From assembly GCA_965541585.1 (NCBI GenBank), contig CBEUCH010000001.1, positions 192,001 through 256,000 of the forward strand: a DNA stretch of 64,000 nucleotides. Reading direction: 5' to 3'. The translations under genes were made by a program, and so were the position numbers. The first letter of the stretch is position 1, and each line of letters starts with the position of its first letter. Origin of the DNA: an uncultured bacterium (GTDB taxonomy: Bacteria > Zixibacteria > MSB-5A5 > UBA10806). Under the pieces are notes generated by a model that worked only from the letters and a program-made list of their open reading frames with translations, had not been told where the DNA came from and did not search any database. Shown here piece after piece: positions 18,079 through 26,531 of the stretch.

Positions 18079-20367
18079 TTTCAAAAGGGATCGGGTTAAT
18101 TCTAATTTCTGTTGCGCCTCAGGGAAATCGGGTCGTATTTCAAGAGCCATCCCGAAAGCTTCCAGAGCCTCCTCGAATAGTCCCACTTTGCCGAGAGTCA
18201 ATCCCAGATTATAAAACGCCAGGGCGTTGTCCGGATCAAGATCGATTGATCTCTTAAAAGCAACCAGAGCCTGCGGATATAACCTGTTCAGATCGTATGC
18301 CAGCGCCAGATTGATCCATCCATAGGGATAGTCGGGAAGAAACTCGGTCGTTTTTCTGAAGAACGTAAGCGCCGAATCCATCTGCTCCCGTTTCACTGCC
18401 AGCAATCCCAATTCGTAATGTGCCTGCCCCAACATTCTCTCAGGCCTGTATCCGTGCGGGGTCTGCGAGCTGTATATATTGGAGAGATCGTATTTTTCGA
18501 CGATGCTGTGGGGAGCACCCTCGATAATCAAACGGTACTCGCTTTCAGCCGAGTCCAGATGACCTCGTTCAGCCATCATCTTCCCCATGAAATAATGGCC
18601 GGGAGGATAATCCGGGAAGATTGTGGCCAGGTTATCGGCAACCCTGTGAGCCCCGGCGTTATCGCCGAGCATTCGCAATGCGAGGATCTCGTTGACATGC
18701 GCTTCCAGATACTGGGGAGATTCCGCTATAGCCATTCGAGCATGATCCAGTGCGTTTTCGGTATCGCCCTGCAATCTATCCAGCACCGAGAGGTTGTTAT
18801 GAGCCAATGCTGAGGATCTGCATTTTTCGATTTCCAGAATAAACTCGCGGCGTGCGTTTTCGAGATCTTGTCTGCCAAAGTATATAATGCCGCGATTCAG
18901 ATGCGCCGATGGTACACAGGGCGCAAGCTGGATGGCTTTTTCGTATTCATCCAATGCCCTATCGGGCATCCCTTTTTTGAGATATACGTTGCCGAGCGAA
19001 AAGTGTGACATGGCAAAGCTACTATGTGAAATGCCGAATAGATCGATGTTGGTCAACGGGAATAGAATAAGAAGAGCCAGGCAGATAACAATCAAGGCCC
19101 TAAAATTTTTCAGTTTAATTTTCTCGGCGATTTCGAATAAGGCGGAGGTGGCCAGAATTATCAAAAACGGCAATACCGGCAAGCGGAATCTGCTGGTGAC
19201 GAAAAAGGCGACCACTGTAAACATGTAGGCAATTATGAAGTATCCTATAATATGGTATATCCTCTCCCTGCGGAATATGCCTACAAGTCCGATGATCGAG
19301 AGCGGAGAGATGATAAAAAACAGCGGCGGAAGAATTTTGGTGACAGAGGAAAACTGCCTGAAAAAATAGAGGTTCTGGTTATTCGAAATCTCATAGGAGT
19401 TCCAGAAATAGCTTAATTTCTTCAAGATCAGCCCCAGCCATTTCCCCGGATTCTCATCGATAAATCGCAGAGCTCGCCGGTAGTAGAACGACGATACCTC
19501 CGACGGTTTCATATTCTGACCCAATCTGGCGGTTTCTCGTTTGGCGAGATACTCACAGTCGGCATATTGCCAGGTGGCTCCGAATTCAGGCATTACGGCG
19601 GTGGCCCCGGTGGCATGTTCGTTGTTGCCTATGTAAAAATTGATTCCTCCCTGCGAGGCTATCAACACTATATCGTGTCCCACGACGATGTTCCGGATAG
19701 TCACCGGCAGAATGAAAATCAAACATCCCAGAGTCAACCACGCAAACCTAATTAAGATCCACCTATACTTGTTGCCGAAAACGGCAAACATCCAGATCAG
19801 AATTACGAGCCAGATGCCCAGATAGTTGGGGCGTGTAATCGCCGCCAACCCCAGAGGGATTCCGGCAATAAAAAACCGTTTGATAGAGGTTTTTTCCGCG
19901 GCCCTCATCAACGACCAGATCAAAAGCAGGCTGAATAATACCAGCAGCGAATCCAGAAGCAGTTCGTCCTCGAAATAAATGAAAACCCAGTAAAATGCTG
20001 AGACGAGCCCCGATACAATGGCAACCCTCCGCCCAAAATATTTATAGGCGAACAGGAAAATCAAAGAACATGAGACAGAACCTATGGCATGCTGGATAAT
20101 CTTCGCTATGGCAAGGGACGGCCCGAAGATTGCATATATAAGACCGAGGAAATAAGCATAGAAGGGCGCGCGGAAAAAGGGGCCGACGCCGAGTATATCT
20201 CCGGATGCAATCTGCCTGGCCCACAGGTCATGATATAGCGGGTCTATGGTAGGCGAATCCCATCCCGGAAAGCCCGCCTTAACCTGAAGAAAATAGATGA
20301 TTCTCAGTGCCAGCGCTATGGCGAATACGATCAGTGCCCAGAGATATCGGGACTCTATTTTTTTCAT
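18061..20367 (-). CDS. GT-C (PMT/ArnT-like, family 39) glycosyltransferase fused to C-terminal TPR repeats
   Basis: Multi-TM N-terminus with D..YHD..A..IA.G, PFFRAPFYAYFLG, AAITRPN, NFYIGNN, RFRLP; C-terminal HFSLGNVY/HLNRG/AFYNLG TPRs (ORF open from 20397). Confidence 0.85.
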   Translation of the reverse strand: MKKIESRYLWALIVFAIALALRIIYFLQVKAGFPGWDSPTIDPLYHDLWARQIASGDILGVGPFFRAPFYAYFLGLIYAIFGPSLAIAKIIQHAIGSVSCSLIFLFAYKYFGRRVAIVSGLVSAFYWVFIYFEDELLLDSLLVLFSLLLIWSLMRAAEKTSIKRFFIAGIPLGLAAITRPNYLGIWLVILIWMFAVFGNKYRWILIRFAWLTLGCLIFILPVTIRNIVVGHDIVLIASQGGINFYIGNNEHATGATAVMPEFGATWQYADCEYLAKRETARLGQNMKPSEVSSFYYRRALRFIDENPGKWLGLILKKLSYFWNSYEISNNQNLYFFRQFSSVTKILPPLFFIISPLSIIGLVGIFRRERIYHIIGYFIIAYMFTVVAFFVTSRFRLPVLPFLIILATSALFEIAEKIKLKNFRALIVICLALLILFPLTNIDLFGISHSSFAMSHFSLGNVYLKKGMPDRALDEYEKAIQLAPCVPSAHLNRGIIYFGRQDLENARREFILEIEKCRSSALAHNNLSVLDRLQGDTENALDHARMAIAESPQYLEAHVNEILALRMLGDNAGAHRVADNLATIFPDYPPGHYFMGKMMAERGHLDSAESEYRLIIEGAPHSIVEKYDLSNIYSSQTPHGYRPERMLGQAHYELGLLAVKREQMDSALTFFRKTTEFLPDYPYGWINLALAYDLNRLYPQALVAFKRSIDLDPDNALAFYNLGLTLGKVGLFEEALEAFGMALEIRPDFPEAQQKLELTRSLLKSSPEQ

Positions 20368-20602
20368 CTTGAGTGATGATATAATTATTGTTTTCAAGCG
20401 GCAAGGTCTTTATGCCTGATCCTTTACGGGCTCTGAAATTAGTTGCAGATATCCGGCATGAAGCTTCATCGAGTATCCCGGATTTAAAGGGAATCCGGCC
20501 TTTGAAAAATTGTCAGGGATACGAATGTGCTTATTTTCCAGGCGCTTAACTGCATATGGTGGAACAGAACAGGCCATGGAGCAGGTTAGATCAGTGGAAG
20601 GC

Positions 20603-20617
20603 AGGCATGGTTTTTGT
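20603..20617 (+). promoter_or_regulatory. sigma-54-like -24/-12 element (GT at -12)
   Basis: AGGCATGGTTTTTGT, closely similar to the 2635, 24403 and 26488 motifs; a TTGATT-N18-TATTAT sigma-70-like promoter follows directly. Confidence 0.4.
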
Positions 20618-20702
20618 CTTGATTTTTGCGTGTCGTTTGCTTTATTATGTAGGGAAGCGCGAAATTTGGAGTTCTTCAAATATTGAGATTAGGAGTAATC
20701 TT

Positions 20703-23700
20703 ATGAAAACCTGGATCCTACTATCAACTATTGGCCTGGCTCTGGTTGCCCTCTTTACACCCGGTCTGGCGGCGACACTCTCGCCTGCAAGCGCCGTTCA
20801 TTTTGAGGATGGAGTAGTTTATATGCCCAATGTAGTCATAGTGGCATTCGCTCCTGAAAATGTTCCTCTTGCCCCGGCCCTGCAGAATGGAATAGCCATG
20901 ACCGGGATTCATGAGGTCGATGAATTAAATCTTCATTTTGAAGCGATCGAGATGAGGCAATTATTCCCCCGAGCCGAGAGACATGGTGAGATTGAGATGG
21001 CCGGATATTATTCGCTGAGGTTCGGGCATGGATTCGATCTTATGACCCTCCTGGAAGCTTATGATAAACTCGATGCTGTCGAGCATGTTGAGCCGGACGG
21101 GATTCATCCGATTCTTTATGATCCCAATGATCCCATGCTTGGCCAGCAATGGGCAATTGCGAAAATCGAGGCCAGCGGCGCCTGGGACATTACTCAAGGG
21201 GATGCGAGTATCGTTCTGGGTATCCCGGATACCGGAGTGGATTGGGATCACCCTGACCTGGAGGCGGATGTCTGGTTAAACGAGGCAGAGATCAACGGAG
21301 TAGACAGAGAGGATGACGACGGTAACGGCTATATTGACGATTATCGCGGCTGGGATTGGGTAACCGGCGGATACCTCTGTGATATACCGGGGGGCGAGGA
21401 TTGCAGCACCCCTGATAATGACCCCATGGATTTTGCGGGACATGGGACTCATGTGAGCGGAATAACATCGGCCGTTACAGACAACGGTGTTGGTATTGCC
21501 GGGTTAGGATTCAATTGCAAGGTTATGGCCCTGAGGATGGGATGGCAGGCTACAAACGGCGGCGGCTACGTTGGTATGAGCTTTGCCGCCTCCGCCTTCT
21601 ATTATGCAACAGATAACGGCGCCAGAGGTTTGAATTGCTCCTGGGGGTCCTCGAACTCCGGCGGCCTGGGTGCCGCCACCGATTATGCCACTCGCAACGA
21701 CCTGATAGTCATAACCTCCGCCGGAAACAGTAATAACCAATCGCCCTCATATCTTAGCAGCAGAAGTGACGTTATTTCAGTGGCCGCCACGAATTCCGCC
21801 GATCATAAAGCCTCCTTTTCAAGTTATGGCGCCTGGGTGGACATTTCTGCGCCCGGCGTCAGCATCAGATCGACGGTCTTTAATGATTCATATGCCAATT
21901 ACGACGGTACATCCATGGCGTCACCTCATGTCTTAGGCCTGGTGGGATTGATCTGGTCGGCGGAGCCGTCGCTGCCAGCGGATGATGTAATCTCCAGAAT
22001 CTATGATACGGCCGATGATATCGACGATCTCAATCCTGGCTATGAGGGCCTCCTGGGTGCGGGTAGAATTAACGCTTACGGTGCCCTGGCGTCAACGACT
22101 ATGCCGCGTATTCAGACTGCAGAGTTTGCCATAAATATAACCGACGGTGACGGCGATGGTATTTTGAATCCCGGAGAATCTCTCGAAATGGTTGTCACGC
22201 TGGAGAACATCTGGGCTGATGCCACCGGCGTTACCGGTACGCTTCATAGCAATGATGTTTTCAGCGTCTCCGATTCGGTGGCTTCATTCGGCGATATTCC
22301 CAATGGGGGATCCGGTGACAACACCGATGATCCTTACGTGCTGGTATCCAGCGAGGATGCGATGCCGGAAGCGACGACTCTGGTTTTAAACGTTCAGGCC
22401 GACGACGATTACGAAACCGATCTCGATATAGTTATCGCCCTCTCACTCGACCAGGTCGGTTTCCCCCTGGAGATCTCCGGCAACATAGAAGCGTCCGCTC
22501 TGATATTCGATTTCGACATGGATGGTGAAAACGAGTTGATTGTGGGGGCCAATAATGATAGGGTCTTCGCTATCGAGGCTGATGGAAGCAACAGTCCCGG
22601 TTGGCCGCAAGTGGTTTCCGGAGACGTGGTATCCGGTCCGGCGGTGGGTGACCTGGAGGCGAGCGATTCATTCCAGATAGTCGCAGTAACGAAGACGGGA
22701 AGATTCTATGCATGGAACGCGGACGGTTCTCTCCTGCCTAATTTCCCCGTGGTCAGGAGCGGGATATTCTATTCAGGTCCCATGCTCATCGATCTCGACG
22801 GCAACAATGACCTTGAGATAGTGGCGGGTTCCTTCTCCGATAACAACATTTATGTCCTGAATCATGACGGTTCGGATTTTTCCAACTGGCCGGTTACAGG
22901 AGTGAACAAGTGGTATGGTTCGCCTGCTTCAGGCGACCTGGACGGCGACGGTCTTTCGGAGATTATCTATGCCGGTTTCGATTCCTCGGTTCATGCGTTC
23001 AATGCCGACGGCAGCTACGTGGACGGATTCCCGGCACACCTTAACAATGTTATATGGTCTGCGGTTTCAGTTGGGGACGTTGATGGTGATACTGATCTGG
23101 AAATAGCAGCGGCAACGGGTTCCGGAAGCCTTTACCTTATTAATCATGATGGCTCAATCGCAGACGGTTTTCCTGTGGATGTCGGCGGTGTTGTGCGCTC
23201 GGCCCCGTCTATGGCCGATTTAGATGGTGACGGCGCTCTGGAGATAATTTTTGGCGACAATAACCGTATGCTTCATGTTATCGACGCCGACGGATCAGAG
23301 CTTGCCGGATTCCCGGTGGAAGCCGGGGGTTCCATTTCGGCCAGTGCGGTGGTCGGTGACATCACCGGCGACGGTGAGGCGGATATCGTAGCAACTGCAT
23401 CGGACGGCAACATTTACGGCTACGAAGCAAACGGCAATACTATCCGTAATTTCCCCATACCCGGTTCTGCAAACGGACAGATTACCGCCACCGCGGCTCT
23501 GGGAGATCTCGACGGCGATGGTGACATGGAAATTGCCGTTGGCATCAGGGGCACCGGCATGAACCTAATGGTGATAGACTATAAGGAGGACGCCTCAGCG
23601 GCTGATCTACAATGGCCTAACTTCGGCAAAGACGTCTGGAGAAGCAACGACTTCTCCGAAGTTGTAACTGGTGTGGACGAGACCCCGGTGGCTCCCGCGG

Positions 23701-23975
23701 AATTCGAACTATCGAAGAACTACCCCAATCCTTTCAATGCTCGGACCACGATTCGTTTCTCGTTGACGGCACCCGGAGAGGTAACTCTGTCGGTCTTCGA
23801 TCTGCTCGGCCGGAGAATCATTGTGTTGCAGTCGGGCTTCTTGAGTGCGGGTGCACATAGTATAGTATGGGACGGCGTCAACGAATCAGGCAAAGTTGTG
23901 TCATCCGGCATCTATTTCTATCGCCTGGAAAGCCCCGAGGGCTCCAGGACCATGCGGATGTTGTTATTGAAATAA
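20703..23975 (+). CDS. secreted S8 subtilisin-like protease with FG-GAP/VCBS repeats and C-terminal sorting (T9SS-A/FlgD-Ig-like) domain
   Basis: SD AGGAG and signal peptide MKTWILL; triad DTG, HGTHV, GTSMASP; repeated GDLDGDG..EI; NYPNPFN...SGIYFYRL...MLLLK. Confidence 0.93.
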   Translation: MKTWILLSTIGLALVALFTPGLAATLSPASAVHFEDGVVYMPNVVIVAFAPENVPLAPALQNGIAMTGIHEVDELNLHFEAIEMRQLFPRAERHGEIEMAGYYSLRFGHGFDLMTLLEAYDKLDAVEHVEPDGIHPILYDPNDPMLGQQWAIAKIEASGAWDITQGDASIVLGIPDTGVDWDHPDLEADVWLNEAEINGVDREDDDGNGYIDDYRGWDWVTGGYLCDIPGGEDCSTPDNDPMDFAGHGTHVSGITSAVTDNGVGIAGLGFNCKVMALRMGWQATNGGGYVGMSFAASAFYYATDNGARGLNCSWGSSNSGGLGAATDYATRNDLIVITSAGNSNNQSPSYLSSRSDVISVAATNSADHKASFSSYGAWVDISAPGVSIRSTVFNDSYANYDGTSMASPHVLGLVGLIWSAEPSLPADDVISRIYDTADDIDDLNPGYEGLLGAGRINAYGALASTTMPRIQTAEFAINITDGDGDGILNPGESLEMVVTLENIWADATGVTGTLHSNDVFSVSDSVASFGDIPNGGSGDNTDDPYVLVSSEDAMPEATTLVLNVQADDDYETDLDIVIALSLDQVGFPLEISGNIEASALIFDFDMDGENELIVGANNDRVFAIEADGSNSPGWPQVVSGDVVSGPAVGDLEASDSFQIVAVTKTGRFYAWNADGSLLPNFPVVRSGIFYSGPMLIDLDGNNDLEIVAGSFSDNNIYVLNHDGSDFSNWPVTGVNKWYGSPASGDLDGDGLSEIIYAGFDSSVHAFNADGSYVDGFPAHLNNVIWSAVSVGDVDGDTDLEIAAATGSGSLYLINHDGSIADGFPVDVGGVVRSAPSMADLDGDGALEIIFGDNNRMLHVIDADGSELAGFPVEAGGSISASAVVGDITGDGEADIVATASDGNIYGYEANGNTIRNFPIPGSANGQITATAALGDLDGDGDMEIAVGIRGTGMNLMVIDYKEDASAADLQWPNFGKDVWRSNDFSEVVTGVDETPVAPAEFELSKNYPNPFNARTTIRFSLTAPGEVTLSVFDLLGRRIIVLQSGFLSAGAHSIVWDGVNESGKVVSSGIYFYRLESPEGSRTMRMLLLK

Positions 23976-24002
23976 CTAAGTAGCACAAGATAGCATACCA
24001 TC

Positions 24003-24035
24003 AGAAGCCCCGGGATCTTCCGGGGCTTCTCTTTT
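24003..24035 (+). terminator. intrinsic terminator
   Basis: AGAAGCCCCGG-gatctt-CCGGGGCTTCT followed by CTTTT. Confidence 0.8.
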
Positions 24036-24402
24036 ATATTTCAGGCCAACCTTCTTCTACCTGCAAGTAATAGCTCTTCCAAATCGAGCTTGGAGAGTTC
24101 CATGATTGCATCGAAGGAAAGCAGCAGTGCAGCAAACGGGACTCGCCAAATGATTCCGATTCCTTTGACTTTGGGATTTTGGCGATTATGTTGTTTGCAA
24201 TATATGTAGGGAGAGTGTGAATTATATTGCGCATTTCGGCGGGGTGCCATGTTTTCAACCCTCGTGCCCTTCGACGAAGGCATCGCAGTGGAAAGCGATC
24301 GCAGGGCCGAGTCCTATTATGGCTTAAGACAACAGGTTACGGTAGTCGCCCGGGAATTGTTCGGAGGAGATTGTGTCTGCCCGCTCCAGGGAAATGTATA
24401 TA

Positions 24403-24417
24403 AGGCATGACTTTTGC
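24403..24417 (+). promoter_or_regulatory. sigma-54 (-24/-12) promoter
   Basis: AGGCATGACTTTTGC: GG-N10-GC; IHF-like CAAcaggTTA at 24330-24339; shared upstream element at 24215-24236. Confidence 0.6.
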
Positions 24418-24506
24418 TTTGATAGATTATTCGAAACAATATCATGTTTTTTTGAATTGTTGGAAATTGTTAGAAGCGAGAGATTTAGATTAGAAAAGGA
24501 GTAAAG

Positions 24507-26183
24507 ATGCGAAAAATCTTGATACTTATGTCCGCCGCACTTTTTCTTTTTGCCGGCATGGCAGCGGCCGGCGAGAAGGCCAGGATCTCGATTCTCAACG
24601 CCAATTCTGATGGTGCCGTCCAGGCGCCGATGGATGTCACGGAAGACATGATTTCATACGACGGTGCTCCCACGGTATATTTTCCCGGTTATACCCAGGA
24701 CGGTACTATATTCGCGGTCAAATTCACGCCCGCACAGTCCTGCTCGCTGAGTTATGTTACCATAGTCTCATACCCGGCACCGGGAAGTGCCACGATCCAC
24801 GTTTATGACGACAACGGGGGGGAGCCCGGCAATGACCTGATTTCGTCTTTCACGGCTAACCTCTCAGGAGATATATCCCGACAGAGGGTGGATTTGCCTG
24901 AGATAATCGATATCGGCGAAAACGATTTTCATGTCGGGGTTGAGTATTCACAAGCTCCACCCCCATTTGTCACTTTTGACGATGACGGTGGCACCGGCCG
25001 TTCTGTTCTAAAAATCCCGGGGCAGCGTTGGCAGGTCTTTCCTCAAAACGATCTCAATTACAGGGCCTTTGTAATATATTATGGTAATGACGAAGTTCCT
25101 CCCACGATCTTGAGCCAGGAGAGAATTCTCGGTTTTTCCGGTGAAGGCGATCACTCTATCACGGCCACGATTACAGATGATGCCGGTGTTCTTTCGGCAA
25201 CGTTATACTATTCCATGGATGGAAACGACTATTCAAACATCGCCATGGATAACACCTCCGGAGATACCTGGGTTGGCAATATTCCCGCTCAACCGACCGG
25301 CACCACGGTCTATTACTATATTCAGGCGATCGATACCTCGCCCAACCAGAATGAGGCTATGCAGCCTCCCCTCGGACCTGAAGCCCCGTTTGAGATGCTC
25401 ATCGTCGAGGGATTGGAACTGGCATACGATGATGGCTCTACCGAAAGCTGGTATATTGTTAGCGATGAATGGGATGACAATAAATTTGCGGTTAGATTTA
25501 CACCTTCAGATTATCCTGTAATAGTTACGGGCGCCAGAGCCATGGTCAACGATGCGACACCTTTCGATTTCAGCATAAACGGGAATACGGGCGGCAACCC
25601 GGGTGCGGTTCTCGCCGGCCCGTTTGAGAGTTTTCAAAACACGGGCGAATGGGCCGTTACCTTTTTCCCCGAGGATCGATGGCCGGAAGTGACATCGGGT
25701 TCATTCTGGTTGGTTTTCAACTGGCGTGAGAGTACGCCTGATTCGCCGGGCGTGGGGACGGATACTGATGACCCTGATTCCCGCTCCAAATGGTATAATA
25801 GCTTTTCGGGATGGAACTCCTTCGGTGCCGGCGATTTCATCATGCGCGTGATTATATCTACGCCGACAGGGATAACCGAACTGACACCCGACGGAAACCT
25901 GCCGGCGACATTTGAATTGATCGGCAACTATCCTAATCCATTCAATCCGGTCACGGAGATCACTTTCGCCGCTCCCCGAAGCGGGCAGGTCAAGCTGGAG
26001 ATCTTTAACATCATCGGCCGGAAGGTGACTACCCTTCTTGATGAGGCCGTAACAGCAGGCCTGAAGGCGGTTGTATGGGATGGCACCAGCGATAACGGAA
26101 GCACGGTGGCGTCCGGCGTCTACTACTACAGGCTGTCCACGGCGGATGGGATCGACGTAAAGAAGATGACATTTCTAAAATGA
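24507..26183 (+). CDS. secreted protein with duplicated YD(D)G..FAVxFTP module, Ig-like domain and C-terminal sorting domain
   Basis: SD AAAGGAG, signal peptide, NYPNPFNP...SGVYYYRL...KKMTFLK; no catalytic motif recognised. Confidence 0.85.
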   Translation: MRKILILMSAALFLFAGMAAAGEKARISILNANSDGAVQAPMDVTEDMISYDGAPTVYFPGYTQDGTIFAVKFTPAQSCSLSYVTIVSYPAPGSATIHVYDDNGGEPGNDLISSFTANLSGDISRQRVDLPEIIDIGENDFHVGVEYSQAPPPFVTFDDDGGTGRSVLKIPGQRWQVFPQNDLNYRAFVIYYGNDEVPPTILSQERILGFSGEGDHSITATITDDAGVLSATLYYSMDGNDYSNIAMDNTSGDTWVGNIPAQPTGTTVYYYIQAIDTSPNQNEAMQPPLGPEAPFEMLIVEGLELAYDDGSTESWYIVSDEWDDNKFAVRFTPSDYPVIVTGARAMVNDATPFDFSINGNTGGNPGAVLAGPFESFQNTGEWAVTFFPEDRWPEVTSGSFWLVFNWRESTPDSPGVGTDTDDPDSRSKWYNSFSGWNSFGAGDFIMRVIISTPTGITELTPDGNLPATFELIGNYPNPFNPVTEITFAAPRSGQVKLEIFNIIGRKVTTLLDEAVTAGLKAVVWDGTSDNGSTVASGVYYYRLSTADGIDVKKMTFLK

Positions 26184-26212
26184 TATTTTAAATACTCGCT
26201 TTCGAAGCCACC

Positions 26213-26249
26213 GGGGCCTCTTGCCGTGAAGAGAGGCCCCTTTCTTTTT
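26213..26249 (+). terminator. intrinsic terminator
   Basis: GGGGCCTCT-N10-AGAGGCCCC followed by TTTCTTTTT. Confidence 0.8.
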
Positions 26250-26439
26250 GCTGATTCGCCTCAATCACCAACAGCGATGAGGCAGATCAACGTCGTCCAG
26301 AAATAAGATTTAGGACCATTATCATAGCTGACAAGAGAACGATATTCCCTTCAGCAAATGCGCAAGGTTATGCATACGTATTTCGAGAATCCTGAGCCAG
26401 GGTAAATATATCGCCGGCGATTCGAGCTAACCGATTGTG

Positions 26440-26502
26440 AATCAATATATTACAGCGAGAGCAATAAAGACAAACGTCAAGGTGATTTGGCATGGCTTTT
26501 GA
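26440..26502 (+). promoter_or_regulatory. IHF site plus sigma-54-like -24/-12 element
   Basis: AATCAAtataTTA (26440-26452) is an exact WATCAANNNNTTR match; TGGCATGGCTTTTGA at 26488-26502 (GA at -12). Confidence 0.65.
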
Positions 26503-26531
26503 CCTTATGTAATGATAATGAAAGGGGTGTT

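Noticed and set aside
20556..20702. N-terminal extensions from the ORF track (also 26487, 37487, 49513)
   Set aside because: Downstream starts have SD sequences and, for the exported proteins, signal peptides; the extensions overlap promoters or upstream genes
24034..24283. Minus ORF with KVKGIG...ELSKLDLEELL resembling a helix-hairpin-helix remnant
   Set aside because: Motif spacing is wrong, there is no SD, and it overlaps the putative enhancer region; too weak to call
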